Below are positions 10,473 to 20,960 of a stretch of DNA of 64,000 nt, piece after piece (the stretch's first letter is position 1; each line of letters begins with the position of its first letter). Below the pieces are notes generated by a model, which was not told the origin of the DNA, did not search any database, and saw nothing but the letters and a program-made list of their open reading frames with translations. Source of the stretch: an uncultured Mycoplasma sp. (GTDB lineage: Bacteria; Bacillota_I; Bacilli_A; RF39; UBA660); the NCBI GenBank assembly GCA_945947035.1, contig CAMEXD010000006.1:1574-65573 (forward strand). Direction: 5' to 3'. A program made the position numbers and the translations under genes.

Positions 10473-11090
10473 TTAGAATTTACGATATAATCCAACAACT
10501 TTACCTAAAATAGTAATATTTTTAAATATTAATGGTTCCATATAATCATTTTCTGGTTGTAATCTAAAATAACCATTTTCTTTATAATAAGTTTTTACTG
10601 TTACTTCATTTTCATCAGTCATGGCAACAACTATTTCACCATTTCTAGCAGTATTACATCTTTCTACAATAATAATATCCTTGTCATAAATACCAACATT
10701 AATCATAGATTCACCACTTACTTTTAAAGTGAATACTTCTTTTTTTGAACTAACAAGATCAACTGGTAGAGGAAAGTATTCATCAGGCATTTCAATGGCT
10801 TCAATAGGACTTCCTGCGGTTATCTTACCAAGAAGTGGAACAGATACTATACCATCATTTTTATCACTATATTCATTAGGTACTAAAAGCTCAATAGTTC
10901 TATTTTTTTCAGAATCTTTTCTAATGTATCCTTTTTCTTGTAATTTAGTTAAATGCATTTGAACAGTTGCAGTACTATTAAGATTTACTTTTTGACATAG
11001 TTCTCTAACTGTTGGAGCATATCCTTTTTTAGCAATAAATTTCTTTATTTCTTCAAGAACAGCATTTTGTCTTTCTGTTAATTTTTCCAT
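10473..11090 (-). CDS. lexA: SOS repressor LexA
   Basis: GYAPTVRE HTH, LGKITAGSP (Ala-Gly cleavage site), GESM Ser, TVK Lys. Confidence 0.96.
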   Translation of the reverse strand: MEKLTERQNAVLEEIKKFIAKKGYAPTVRELCQKVNLNSTATVQMHLTKLQEKGYIRKDSEKNRTIELLVPNEYSDKNDGIVSVPLLGKITAGSPIEAIEMPDEYFPLPVDLVSSKKEVFTLKVSGESMINVGIYDKDIIIVERCNTARNGEIVVAMTDENEVTVKTYYKENGYFRLQPENDYMEPLIFKNITILGKVVGLYRKF

Positions 11091-11111
11091 ACAACATCTC
11101 CTTACAAATCA

Positions 11112-11150
11112 ATATTAACACACAAAGTGTAAAATGTCAAACATTTGTTT
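11112..11150 (-). promoter_or_regulatory. lexA promoter with overlapping candidate SOS box AAAC-N4-GTTT
   Basis: Minus-strand TTGACA(11140-11135)-17-TAATAT(11117-11112); AAACATTTGTTT at 11139-11150 resembles the Bacillus GAAC-N4-GTTC box. Confidence 0.55.
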
Positions 11151-11216
11151 ATATTTTATTGACCGCAAACAAACATTTGCGTTAAAGTATAATTGTAGAA
11201 GGGAGAGATAAGGATT

Positions 11217-11360
11217 ATGAAAAATTTAAAAATTGTTTTATTATTTTATGTTGTTATGTTGGTATTTACATTTATAGTATCAGCAAGGGTGACAAATTTA
11301 GAGAGTAAGGAGGATTATTACAAGTATAAAGATAACGTTGCTATTAACTTTTTGGGTTAA
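11217..11360 (+). CDS. 47-aa single-TM protein divergent from lexA (not in ORF track)
   Basis: SD gggag/aagga; MKNLKIVLLFYVVMLVFTFIVSARVTNLESKEDYYKYKDNVAINFLG*. Confidence 0.65.
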   Translation: MKNLKIVLLFYVVMLVFTFIVSARVTNLESKEDYYKYKDNVAINFLG

Positions 11361-11415
11361 TTGGTATTTACATTTTTAATTATTTGTAATAGAATATCAT
11401 TATAAAATTATTTAA

Positions 11416-11545
11416 ATGCGATGATGAAGGTTGGAATCTTCTAGCAATATGGTATGAAAGTGATTCTTTTTAAAAAGAATAAATAAAGTGGGACCGCGGA
11501 TTTAATTCGTCTTTATATATTGTTTTTAGGAAGAATCACTTTTAA
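11416..11545 (+). promoter_or_regulatory. T-box leader of glyS
   Basis: AATAAAGTGGGACCGCG...CGTCTTTAT forms an antiterminator with a UGGN bulge; lies directly upstream of an aminoacyl-tRNA synthetase gene. Confidence 0.7.
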
Positions 11546-11572
11546 ATATATAAAAAAAAGGAGAGAGATTTT

Positions 11573-12943
11573 ATGAAAATGAGTATGGAAGAATTAGTAA
11601 ATTATTGTAAGAATTATGGTTTTATTTATCAAGGAAGTGAAATATATGGGGGACTTGCAAATACCTGGGATTTTGGACCAGTAGGAATGCAACTTAAAAA
11701 TAATATCAAAAATGCATGGATGAAAAAGTTTGTTCAAGAAGATATTAATAATGTACCTCTTGATGCTGCAATCCTTATGAATCCAAAAACTTGGGAAGCA
11801 TCAGGACACATCAAAACATTTTCTGATCCACTAATTGATTGTAAAGAATGTAAATCACGTTTTAGAGCGGATAAACTTATCGAAGAAAAACTTGGCATTG
11901 AAGCAGGTGGTATGAAAAATGATGAACTAATCAAGACAATAGATGAAAATAACATTGTTTGTCCAAAATGTGGCAAGAAAAACTTTACTGATATTAGACA
12001 ATTTAATCTAATGTTTAAAACATTCCAAGGTATAACTGAAGATAGTAAAAGTGTTGTTTATCTAAGACCAGAAACAGCTCAAGGGATTTTTGTTGATTAT
12101 CTTAATGTTCTAAGAAGCATGAGATTAAAACTTCCATTTGGAATTGGTCAAGTTGGTAAAAGTTTTAGAAATGAAATAACTCCAGGTAACTTTATCTTTA
12201 GAGTTAGAGAATTTGAACAAATGGAACTAGAATTTTTCTGTAAACCAGGTACTGAACTTGATTGGTTTAAATATTATAAAGATTTCTGTTATAATTTCTT
12301 AGTTTCTTTAGGAATAAATAAAGAAGATTTAAGACTTAGAGATCATTCAAAAGAAGAGTTATCTTTTTATAGTAATGCTACAACTGATATTGAATATAAA
12401 TTTCCATTTGGTTTTGGAGAACTTTGGGGTATTGCATCTCGTACTAACTATGATTTATCAAAACATCAAGAATATTCAGGTTGCAATATGGAATATTTAG
12501 ATCCAGAAACTAATGAAAAATATATACCTTATGTTGTTGAACCATCAGTTGGCGTTGAAAGAATGGTTTTAACATTCTTATGTAATGGCATAAAACGTGA
12601 AACTTTAGAAAATGGTGATACTCGTGAAGTATTTAAAATTCATCCTTATCTTGCCCCTTATAAAGTTAGCGTTCTTCCATTAATTAAAAAACTTCATAGC
12701 GAAAAAGCAAAAGAAGTATATAAGAATTTATCAAAATATTTTTCTTGTTGGTATGATGAATCTGGAAGTATTGGAAAGCGTTACAGAAGAAGTGATGCTC
12801 TTGGAACACCATTTGCTATTACAATAGATGATGAAACAATAAATAATAATACAGTAACTTTAAGAGATCGTGATACAATGGAACAAATTGTAATAAAATT
12901 AGATGAAGTAAAAAATTATATAAATGAAAAAATAGAATTCTAA
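11573..12943 (+). CDS. glyS: Glycine--tRNA ligase (alpha2 type)
   Basis: [56 protein letters not shown]. Confidence 0.96.
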   Translation: MKMSMEELVNYCKNYGFIYQGSEIYGGLANTWDFGPVGMQLKNNIKNAWMKKFVQEDINNVPLDAAILMNPKTWEASGHIKTFSDPLIDCKECKSRFRADKLIEEKLGIEAGGMKNDELIKTIDENNIVCPKCGKKNFTDIRQFNLMFKTFQGITEDSKSVVYLRPETAQGIFVDYLNVLRSMRLKLPFGIGQVGKSFRNEITPGNFIFRVREFEQMELEFFCKPGTELDWFKYYKDFCYNFLVSLGINKEDLRLRDHSKEELSFYSNATTDIEYKFPFGFGELWGIASRTNYDLSKHQEYSGCNMEYLDPETNEKYIPYVVEPSVGVERMVLTFLCNGIKRETLENGDTREVFKIHPYLAPYKVSVLPLIKKLHSEKAKEVYKNLSKYFSCWYDESGSIGKRYRRSDALGTPFAITIDDETINNNTVTLRDRDTMEQIVIKLDEVKNYINEKIEF

Positions 12944-12945
12944 TT

Positions 12946-13302
12946 ATGACTGAAGAAAGAAAATTAATAATAGAACTTATCAAAATATTTGAAATAACCG
13001 ATGTTGATTTTTTGGGATTTTCTATAACCAAAGATAATCCTCTTCAATATCACCATATAGTTTTTAAAGAAAAAGGTGGCAAGACAACTCTTGACAATGG
13101 GGCATTACTAACTGCTAAAGCTCACTTTATTTTTCATAAAATAGTAAGAAATAATTATATCTTATCTAAAAAAATTACAAGAGAATTTAAAAAATTAAAT
13201 GAGAGCAAAACACCACCTGATGAAAAATACTTTGAAACTATTAATAATTATCTATTAATTTATGAAGAAAAAAATAAAATGACTAGAAAACGTGTAAAAT
13301 AA
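12946..13302 (+). CDS. Small HNH-motif endonuclease
   Basis: YHHIVFKEKGGKTTLDNGALLTAKAHFIFH matches the HH..GG..N..L..H..H pattern. Confidence 0.7.
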   Translation: MTEERKLIIELIKIFEITDVDFLGFSITKDNPLQYHHIVFKEKGGKTTLDNGALLTAKAHFIFHKIVRNNYILSKKITREFKKLNESKTPPDEKYFETINNYLLIYEEKNKMTRKRVK

Positions 13303-13368
13303 ATTACATGTTTTCTTTTTTCTACAAAATTTTCCATAATGATTCGTTATACTAACTATGGTGATTAT

Positions 13369-13803
13369 ATGAAAGAATATTATGTGTTTGATATCAAACG
13401 TGAATTTGTAAAATTATATGAAAATAAAGCAAGTGATTTGTTTTATATTTTTAATCGTATCTACTATATGAAAGAAATAGATAAGATGTATGGTTATAAT
13501 TTATTTGAACAAATGAGTAATTTTTTTGATAAGAAAAAAATAAATGAATATCTATATGATAAATACAAAGATAAAATTATGTATTCATATTCTAACAATG
13601 AACATATTATAAATAACTTATTTTTAAATGAAATAAGTATTTTAAAAGTAAAAAGTTCTAATATTAGAATTGAAACTAATAGCGATGAATGTACATTTTT
13701 AGAAGATTTAAAAAATTACAATCCTAACTTTTTTGTCTGCAATTTTAAAGAACAAGAATATTTCTTTGTTAAGAATAAAAAAATTGAAAATAAAACAATT
13801 TAG
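13369..13803 (+). CDS. Sporulation inhibitor of replication SirA (YneE)-like
   Basis: N-terminal YYVFDIKREFVKLY..LF resembles Bacillus SirA; ATG after ggtga SD. Confidence 0.55.
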   Translation: MKEYYVFDIKREFVKLYENKASDLFYIFNRIYYMKEIDKMYGYNLFEQMSNFFDKKKINEYLYDKYKDKIMYSYSNNEHIINNLFLNEISILKVKSSNIRIETNSDECTFLEDLKNYNPNFFVCNFKEQEYFFVKNKKIENKTI

Positions 13804-13895
13804 TTTGTGTGAAAAAATTAAATATTACAATTTGTAATATCTTTTTTTTAAAATATTTCCTTTTATGTGTTAAAATAAAATATGCAGGTGATATT

Positions 13896-16076
13896 ATGGC
13901 TTTTATAAAAGGTAATTTTAAAAAATATATATTTAAATCAGATAAAGGATACACTGTAGGTCTTTTTAAGATTAAAGATACTAGTTCTGATTTAGAAAGT
14001 TATAAAGGTAAAACAATAACTTTTACTGGTTATTTTGATGATTTAAATGAAAGTGATATATATATTTTAAATGGTAATTTTGTTGAACATGAAAGATATG
14101 GAGAGCAGTTTTCTACATCTTCTTATGAAATTACTTTACCAAATGATAAAGATAATGTCATTGATTTTTTATCAAGTAATTTATTCCCAGGAATAGGAGT
14201 GAAAAAGGCAGAACAGATAGTTAAAGTTTTAGGATCAAATTGTTTGGAAGTAATTTTAAATAATCCAGATAACTTATATTTAGTTCCTAAAATAACTAAG
14301 AAACAAAAAGAAACAATCGAAGTTAATTTAAACAAATATGAACAAAGTTATAAAACAATTGTTGAATTAAATAAATGTGGTTTTTCTACTAAAGATTCTC
14401 TTCTTATTAATAGTAAATACAAAGAAAAATCTCTTGATGTTGTAAATGAAAATATCTATACTTTAGTAGATGATATCCCTGAATTATCTTTTAAAAAAAT
14501 AGATAGTTTAAGAAGCAACTTTAATATTACTGATGTTGATATTAGAAGAGTAGAACAAGGTATTAAATATGTTTTAGAAGAAGTATCATACACTTTAGGT
14601 AATACTTATTTTTCAATAAATGAAATAGTAGGTTATACTAAACGTGCTTTGTTTATTTTTGATGGAGAAAAAATATATGAAGGAATAAACAATTTAATTA
14701 TAAAAGAGGAAATAATAAAAGTAGAAGATAAATATTTTTATTATAAAATGTATGAGGCAGAAAATTATATTGCTAAAAGAATATTTAATCTTGCAAATAA
14801 TATGAGTCTTGGTTTTGTAAATGATAAAGATATAAAAAAATTAGAGGAATATTATGATATTTCTTATAACGATGATCAAAAACATGCCATAAAAGAAGCA
14901 TTATCTAATAATTTTTTAGTGATAACTGGAGGACCAGGAACAGGAAAAACAACAATAATTAAAGCAATATGCAAACTTTATCAAGATTTAAATGGTTTTG
15001 ATATTAATGCTTTAATGGAAAATCTTGCTCTTTTAGCACCAACTGGTCGTGCAGCAAAAAGAATTGCAGAACAAACTCTTTTAAAAACATCAACAATTCA
15101 TAGGTTTTTAAAGTGGAACAAAGAAGATAATACTTTTAATGTTAATGAATATAACAAAAGTAATGTTAGATTTGTCATTATAGATGAATCTAGCATGATT
15201 GATACTTATCTTTTATATAACTTACTTTTAGGTTTAAAAGAAAACACTAAAATTATTTTAATTGGAGATTATAATCAATTACCAAGTGTAGGACCTGGTC
15301 AAATTTTAAAAGATATTGTTGAAAGTGATTTGGTAAATATCATAAAATTAAATAAATTATATCGTCAAGAAGAAACGAGTAATATAAATCTTCTTGCTTA
15401 TAATATTAATAATGGCAATTTTTCATTGGATCTATTTAATACATCAGATGATCTTATCTTTAAAGAATCATCTAGTGATAAATTAAAAGATTATCTAAAA
15501 GAGTATATTTTAAAATATAAAGATATGTCATTTAATGATTTTATTACTTTAGCACCTATTTATAAACAAGAAAATGGTATTGATGATCTAAATTATTTTA
15601 TGCAAGAAATACTTAATCCTAAAAGTTTTAATAAAAATGAAATAGTAATTGATGGTGTTTTATATAGAGAAAATGATAAAGTAATAGAACTTGTCAATAT
15701 GGTTGATGATAATGTCTTTAATGGTGATATTGGTAAAATATTAAGAATAAAAAATACAACTCCTAAAGAAGTATTAATAGATTTTGATTCTAATATTGTA
15801 AAGTTTACTCCCACGACATTTAATAATTTTAGTTTAGGATATACCATAAGTATTCATAAATCGCAAGGAAGTGAATTTGATACTGTTATAATTCCTGTAT
15901 TAAATAAATATAGTAATATGTTATATAAAAAACTTATTTATACTGCAACAACAAGAGCTAAGAAAAAACTTATTTTAGTAGGAGAAATAGATGCTTTAAA
16001 AAGAGCTATTTATAATGATAGAGAAAGTACAAGAAAAACAAATTTAAAAGAATTTTTAAAAGATTGTATTAAATAA
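13896..16076 (+). CDS. recD2: ATP-dependent RecD2 helicase
   Basis: HERYGEQF OB domain, TGGPGTGKTT, APTGRAAKR, IDESSM, IHKSQGSEF. Confidence 0.95.
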   Translation: MAFIKGNFKKYIFKSDKGYTVGLFKIKDTSSDLESYKGKTITFTGYFDDLNESDIYILNGNFVEHERYGEQFSTSSYEITLPNDKDNVIDFLSSNLFPGIGVKKAEQIVKVLGSNCLEVILNNPDNLYLVPKITKKQKETIEVNLNKYEQSYKTIVELNKCGFSTKDSLLINSKYKEKSLDVVNENIYTLVDDIPELSFKKIDSLRSNFNITDVDIRRVEQGIKYVLEEVSYTLGNTYFSINEIVGYTKRALFIFDGEKIYEGINNLIIKEEIIKVEDKYFYYKMYEAENYIAKRIFNLANNMSLGFVNDKDIKKLEEYYDISYNDDQKHAIKEALSNNFLVITGGPGTGKTTIIKAICKLYQDLNGFDINALMENLALLAPTGRAAKRIAEQTLLKTSTIHRFLKWNKEDNTFNVNEYNKSNVRFVIIDESSMIDTYLLYNLLLGLKENTKIILIGDYNQLPSVGPGQILKDIVESDLVNIIKLNKLYRQEETSNINLLAYNINNGNFSLDLFNTSDDLIFKESSSDKLKDYLKEYILKYKDMSFNDFITLAPIYKQENGIDDLNYFMQEILNPKSFNKNEIVIDGVLYRENDKVIELVNMVDDNVFNGDIGKILRIKNTTPKEVLIDFDSNIVKFTPTTFNNFSLGYTISIHKSQGSEFDTVIIPVLNKYSNMLYKKLIYTATTRAKKKLILVGEIDALKRAIYNDRESTRKTNLKEFLKDCIK

Positions 16077-16111
16077 TAAAAACATTCCATAATAATGATG
16101 GAGGATTTATT

Positions 16112-16285
16112 ATGAAAGAAATGAAAAAAATGGCTTATACTATGATTGGCGGTATGGTTGTAGGTTTAACTAGTGCATATTTTGCAATGCCAAAAAATAT
16201 AAGACAAGAAATTAAAGACGCAGTTATGAATATGGCTAGTAAAAAGAAATCTTGCAATTGCCCAACTAATAATCATAGTCATTAA
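16112..16285 (+). CDS. 57-aa protein with N-terminal TM, YtxH-like (not in ORF track)
   Basis: SD ggagga; MKEMKKMAYTMIGGMVVGLTSAYFAMPKNIRQEIKD... Confidence 0.65.
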   Translation: MKEMKKMAYTMIGGMVVGLTSAYFAMPKNIRQEIKDAVMNMASKKKSCNCPTNNHSH

Positions 16286-16387
16286 TTTAGATACACTTGA
16301 TATACATCAGGTGTTTTTTTGTTGTAAATAATAAATAATTATTTTTTTTTAATTAATTTAATGGTATAATTTGGATGGAGGGATATT

Positions 16388-17524
16388 ATGAAAAACGATA
16401 AAGACAAAATAAATTATAAAAATTTAAATGAAGTAATTAGTTTATCAAAAGAAATATTAAAAGTATTTTTTGTTACAATGATAGTATTAATTATAATTGG
16501 AGTTATACTAATTTTTAGAGAATTAAATATTTTTTCATTTATTCTTAAAATTTTAGGAGTAATCGCACCATTTTTTATTGGACTTTTAATTGCTTGGATA
16601 TTAGATCCTATGGTAACATATTTACAAAAGAAAAATGTTAAAAGAATAATAGGTACAATTGTTGTATTTTGTGGTTTTACTATTATTTTATACATATTGT
16701 TTAGACTTATTATACCTATGTTATATACTCAAATAAATGATTTTGTATCAATGATACCATCACTTTTATTGGAAGTAAAAAATTTTATAAGTGGTGTAAT
16801 TGACAAATTATCAACTGGTGGTATTGATTTATCTAATATAGAAACTAATATATATAAGTCACTAGAAACTTTAGGAACAAATCTTACAACAACACTTCCT
16901 ACTAACATGTTTAATTTTGCAAGTAATTTTGTTTCAAGTATTGGTACCTTTTTCATTGGTCTTTTAGTAGGATTTTACTTATTAGTTGATTTTGATTCTA
17001 TTAAACATTTATTAGATATTATTCCTAAAAAATATCATAGAGATATTATAACTTTAGCATCTAAACTTAATGATGCCTTTAAAAAGTTTATTCAAGGAAC
17101 TTTACTTATTTCATTAGCAATAATGATAATATCTGCGATTGGCTATGGTCTTGTTGGACTTCCATCACCACTTTTATTTGGACTTATCTGTGGTATTACT
17201 AATATTATTCCATATATTGGTCCATGGATTGGTGGAGCAATCTGTGTTATAGTTGGTTTTACTGTAAGTCCTATGGTTGGAATATTGTCTGGTGTTATTG
17301 CTTTTGCAGTACAACAAATTGATTCTGTAATTTTACAACCATTAATTATGGGAAAAACAATGAAATTACATCCAGTAACGATTATGATTGGTCTTTTAGT
17401 ATTTGGTTATTTCTTTGGTATTATTGGAATGATTTTTGCAACACCAATAATCGCTGGACTTAAAATAATTATCAATCATATTGATGAAAAATATGAAATA
17501 ATGGATAAAATAAAGCAAAAATAA
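16388..17524 (+). CDS. AI-2E family transporter
   Basis: PFFIGLLIAWILDP, NIIPYIGP, QQID..LQPLIMG..LHP motifs. Confidence 0.9.
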   Translation: MKNDKDKINYKNLNEVISLSKEILKVFFVTMIVLIIIGVILIFRELNIFSFILKILGVIAPFFIGLLIAWILDPMVTYLQKKNVKRIIGTIVVFCGFTIILYILFRLIIPMLYTQINDFVSMIPSLLLEVKNFISGVIDKLSTGGIDLSNIETNIYKSLETLGTNLTTTLPTNMFNFASNFVSSIGTFFIGLLVGFYLLVDFDSIKHLLDIIPKKYHRDIITLASKLNDAFKKFIQGTLLISLAIMIISAIGYGLVGLPSPLLFGLICGITNIIPYIGPWIGGAICVIVGFTVSPMVGILSGVIAFAVQQIDSVILQPLIMGKTMKLHPVTIMIGLLVFGYFFGIIGMIFATPIIAGLKIIINHIDEKYEIMDKIKQK

Positions 17525-17542
17525 TTATTTAAAGGAGTACTT

Positions 17543-18202
17543 ATGAAAAATATTGTAGTAGCAATAGATGGCCCAGCAGGAGCAGGAAAAACAAGTATAG
17601 CAAAAATATTAGCAAAAGAATGTAATTTAACAATGATAGATACAGGAGCAATGTATCGTTGTGTTGCTTTAAAAGCAATAGAAAATAATATAACAGATGA
17701 AGAAAAAATAATAGAACTTACTAAAAATATAAAAATAGAATTTGTAAATGATAAAGTTTATCTAGATGATATAGATGTTACTTTAAAAATAAGAAGTAAA
17801 GAGGTTAATGATATAGTATCTCCAATATCATCTATTGTTGAAGTTAGAAGAATTCTTGTTGAAATGCAAAGAAAATTATGCGAAGGTAAAGATGTTATTA
17901 TGGAAGGAAGAGATATAACAACAGTAGTACTTCCTAATGCTAATTATAAGTTTTATTTAGATGCAAAGATAGAAGAAAGAGCAAAAAGAAGATATAAAGA
18001 ACAAAAAGAAAAAAATATGGATATCAGTTATGAAGAAATACTTGAAAATATAGAAAAAAGAGATTACAATGATATGCATAAAAAAGAAGGTTCTTTAACT
18101 ATTGCTAAAGATGCTGTATATATTGATACAACAAATATGACAATTGATGAAGTTGTATCTAAAATGAAAAACATAATAGGAAGTGAAAACTATGAATCTT
18201 AG
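17543..18202 (+). CDS. cmk: Cytidylate kinase
   Basis: IAIDGPAGAGKT-type P-loop, DTGAMYR, MEGRDI, RDYNDM. Confidence 0.95.
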   Translation: MKNIVVAIDGPAGAGKTSIAKILAKECNLTMIDTGAMYRCVALKAIENNITDEEKIIELTKNIKIEFVNDKVYLDDIDVTLKIRSKEVNDIVSPISSIVEVRRILVEMQRKLCEGKDVIMEGRDITTVVLPNANYKFYLDAKIEERAKRRYKEQKEKNMDISYEEILENIEKRDYNDMHKKEGSLTIAKDAVYIDTTNMTIDEVVSKMKNIIGSENYES

Positions 18203-19940
18203 AGAGTTATACATAAATTATTTTGTAAGTAAAGGACACAAACAAATTCCAAGTGCTCCAGTTGTACCTGAGAATGATCCATCAGTTTTATTTAATACCG
18301 CAGGAATGCAACCTCTTGTACCTTATTTGCTAGGTGAAGTACATCCTTATGGTACAAGACTTTGTGATTATCAAAAATGTGTTAGAACAAATGACTTGGA
18401 TGAAGTTGGTGATACAACTCACCATACCTTTTTTGAAATGTTAGGCAATTGGAGTTTGGGAGATTACTTTAAAGAAGAAGCTATACCATTAAGTTATGAA
18501 TTTTTAACTAAAGTTTTAAATATTCCCCAAGAACGTTTAGCTGTAACCTTATTTAGAGGTAATACTTTAGTACCAAAAGATGAAACATCTTATAATATTT
18601 GGAAAAGTCTTGGTATAAAAGATTCTAGAATTAAATTTTTATCTGAAGAAGATAATTGGTGGCCTAATATGGAACTTACTGGACCATGTGGACCAGATAC
18701 TGAAATATTTTATTTTAGAAGTGATGATGAAATACCAGTTGATTTTGATCCAAATGATGATAGATGGGTTGAAATCTGGAATAATGTTTTTATGGAATAT
18801 TATCATAATGCTGATGGTACTTTTAGTGAATTACCTAAGAAAAACGTTGATACTGGAATGGGATTAGAACGTACTACTGCTATTTTAGAGGGCGTTAACG
18901 ACAACTATTTATCAAGTGTTTTTAAAGATGTAATTGATTTAATATGCGATATTTCAAATCTTCCTTATTCTGGTAATGAAAAAAGTATGAGAATTATTGC
19001 AGATCATATAAGAACTGCAGTATTTATAAGTGCAGATTATTCATCAATTAAACCATCTAACACTGATCAAGGTTATATTTTAAGAAGACTTATAAGACGT
19101 ATGATAAGACATGCTAAAAAATTAGGTATCGATATAAATAGTAATTTTGAAGAAAGACTTGCTCTTCTAATTATAGAAAAGTATCAAAAATATTATAAAG
19201 AATTAAGTGATAATAAAGATGTTGTATTAAATGTTTTAAAAGAAGAAAAAAATAAGTTTAATAAAACATTAGAAAAGGGCTTAAAAGTATTTAATAAATG
19301 CACTTTAGATAATCAAAATATTGATAAAGAAACTGCTTTTCATTTGTACGATACATATGGTTTTCCAATTGAATTAACTGAAGAGCTTGCAAGTGAAAAA
19401 GGCTTAAAAGTTGATATAGATGGTTTTAATGAATTATTTAAGAAACATCAAGAATTATCAAGAACAGCTTCCGCTGGTAAATTTAAAGGTGGTTTATCAG
19501 GAAATAGCAAAAAAGAAATAGAATATCATACTGCAACACACCTTTTAAATGCAGCTTTAAAAAAAGTTTTGGGAGATTCTGTTCATCAAAAAGGAAGTAA
19601 TATAACTGAAGAACGTATGAGATTTGATTTTTCTTGGAATGCTAAAATGACTCCAGAAGAAATAAAAGAAACTGAAGATTTGGTAAATAAATATATTAGT
19701 GAAAAAATAGATGTTGAAATTTTGACAATGGACAAAGAAGATGCTATAAAAAGTGGTGCTGAATGTATGTTTATTGAAAAATATCCAGATGTTGTTACTG
19801 TTTATAAAATAGGTGATGTATCTATGGAATTATGTGGTGGACCTCATGTAAAAAATACTGGTGAACTAGGACATTTTAAAATTATAAAAGAAGAATCATC
19901 ATCTTCTGGAGTAAGAAGAATTAAAGCTATTTTAGAGTAA
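18192..19940 (+). CDS. alaS: Alanine--tRNA ligase, short form (~582 aa)
   Basis: LFNTAGMQPL, HHTFFEMLGN, DTGMGLER, HTATHLL, ELCGGPHV; ends at GVRRIKAILE. Confidence 0.93.
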   Translation: MNLRELYINYFVSKGHKQIPSAPVVPENDPSVLFNTAGMQPLVPYLLGEVHPYGTRLCDYQKCVRTNDLDEVGDTTHHTFFEMLGNWSLGDYFKEEAIPLSYEFLTKVLNIPQERLAVTLFRGNTLVPKDETSYNIWKSLGIKDSRIKFLSEEDNWWPNMELTGPCGPDTEIFYFRSDDEIPVDFDPNDDRWVEIWNNVFMEYYHNADGTFSELPKKNVDTGMGLERTTAILEGVNDNYLSSVFKDVIDLICDISNLPYSGNEKSMRIIADHIRTAVFISADYSSIKPSNTDQGYILRRLIRRMIRHAKKLGIDINSNFEERLALLIIEKYQKYYKELSDNKDVVLNVLKEEKNKFNKTLEKGLKVFNKCTLDNQNIDKETAFHLYDTYGFPIELTEELASEKGLKVDIDGFNELFKKHQELSRTASAGKFKGGLSGNSKKEIEYHTATHLLNAALKKVLGDSVHQKGSNITEERMRFDFSWNAKMTPEEIKETEDLVNKYISEKIDVEILTMDKEDAIKSGAECMFIEKYPDVVTVYKIGDVSMELCGGPHVKNTGELGHFKIIKEESSSSGVRRIKAILE

Positions 19941-20047
19941 AAAAAGTTTAGTTTGTTCTAAACTTTTTTATATGTAAACTTTTGTTTGTTCGCCTTTACA
20001 ATTTCTTAAAATTATTATAAACTTATTATAGTTAAGGAGTAGTTTTT

Positions 20048-20950
20048 ATGTCAAAGTGGGATAGTGAATATATTAAATTATGTAAAAAAATTTTAACCGA
20101 AGGAGTTGAAGTTCCAAATCGTACTGGTACTAATAGTATCAAAATACCAGGATATTTTTTAGAATTTGATTTGCAAGAGGAGTTTCCAATTTTAACGACA
20201 AAGCAGTTGTTTTTTAAGAATGCTATTACTGAGATGATGTGGATATATCAAGCTAAATCTAATGATGTTAGATGGTTAAAAGAAAGAGAAAATCACATTT
20301 GGGATGAATGGGAAATAGATTGTGATGGCTATTGGAATGCAACTCAAATGTTGCCCAATAAAGATGGGGTATTAGAAAAAACTTTAGTTAAAAAATTTTT
20401 TGGTAAAGAGTATGCTCATACTATTGGAACTGCTTATGGTTATATTGTTAATCATTATAACCTAACAGATAAAATACTTGATACAATTAAAAATAATCCA
20501 AGAGATAGAAGATTAGTAATTTCTCTTTGGCAAGATAAATATTTAGATACTGCAGTTTTACCATCTTGCGTTTGGTCAACAGAATGGGATGTAACAGGAG
20601 ATAAAATAAATCTATTTGTACATCAAAGAAGTTGTGATGTTCCACTTGGACTTCCATTTAATGTAACGCAATATGCAGTATTATTATCGTTAATTGCACA
20701 TTGTACTAATCTAAAACCAGGTAAGATTTATTGGTCAATTAAAGATCCACATATTTATGTTAATCAAGTCGATGGTATTAAAGAACAAATAAAAAGATTT
20801 GATACTTTAGAAGATTTACCTGCTCCTAAATTATGGATAAATCCTGAAATTAAAGACTTTTATAAATTTGATAATTCAAAAGAATTAAAAGATATTAAAA
20901 TAACTGGTTATAAACATCATGGTAAAATAGAATTTAAAATATCACAGTAG
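20048..20950 (+). CDS. thyA: Thymidylate synthase
   Basis: NRTGT, FPILTTK, LPSC, QRSCDVPLGLPFN, HIYVN. Confidence 0.95.
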   Translation: MSKWDSEYIKLCKKILTEGVEVPNRTGTNSIKIPGYFLEFDLQEEFPILTTKQLFFKNAITEMMWIYQAKSNDVRWLKERENHIWDEWEIDCDGYWNATQMLPNKDGVLEKTLVKKFFGKEYAHTIGTAYGYIVNHYNLTDKILDTIKNNPRDRRLVISLWQDKYLDTAVLPSCVWSTEWDVTGDKINLFVHQRSCDVPLGLPFNVTQYAVLLSLIAHCTNLKPGKIYWSIKDPHIYVNQVDGIKEQIKRFDTLEDLPAPKLWINPEIKDFYKFDNSKELKDIKITGYKHHGKIEFKISQ

Positions 20951-20960
20951 GGGAAGTGTT

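Noticed and set aside
19976-19987. AAAC-N4-GTTT upstream of thyA as an SOS box
   Set aside because: About 3 such sites are expected by chance in 64 kb at this AT content; there is no independent support
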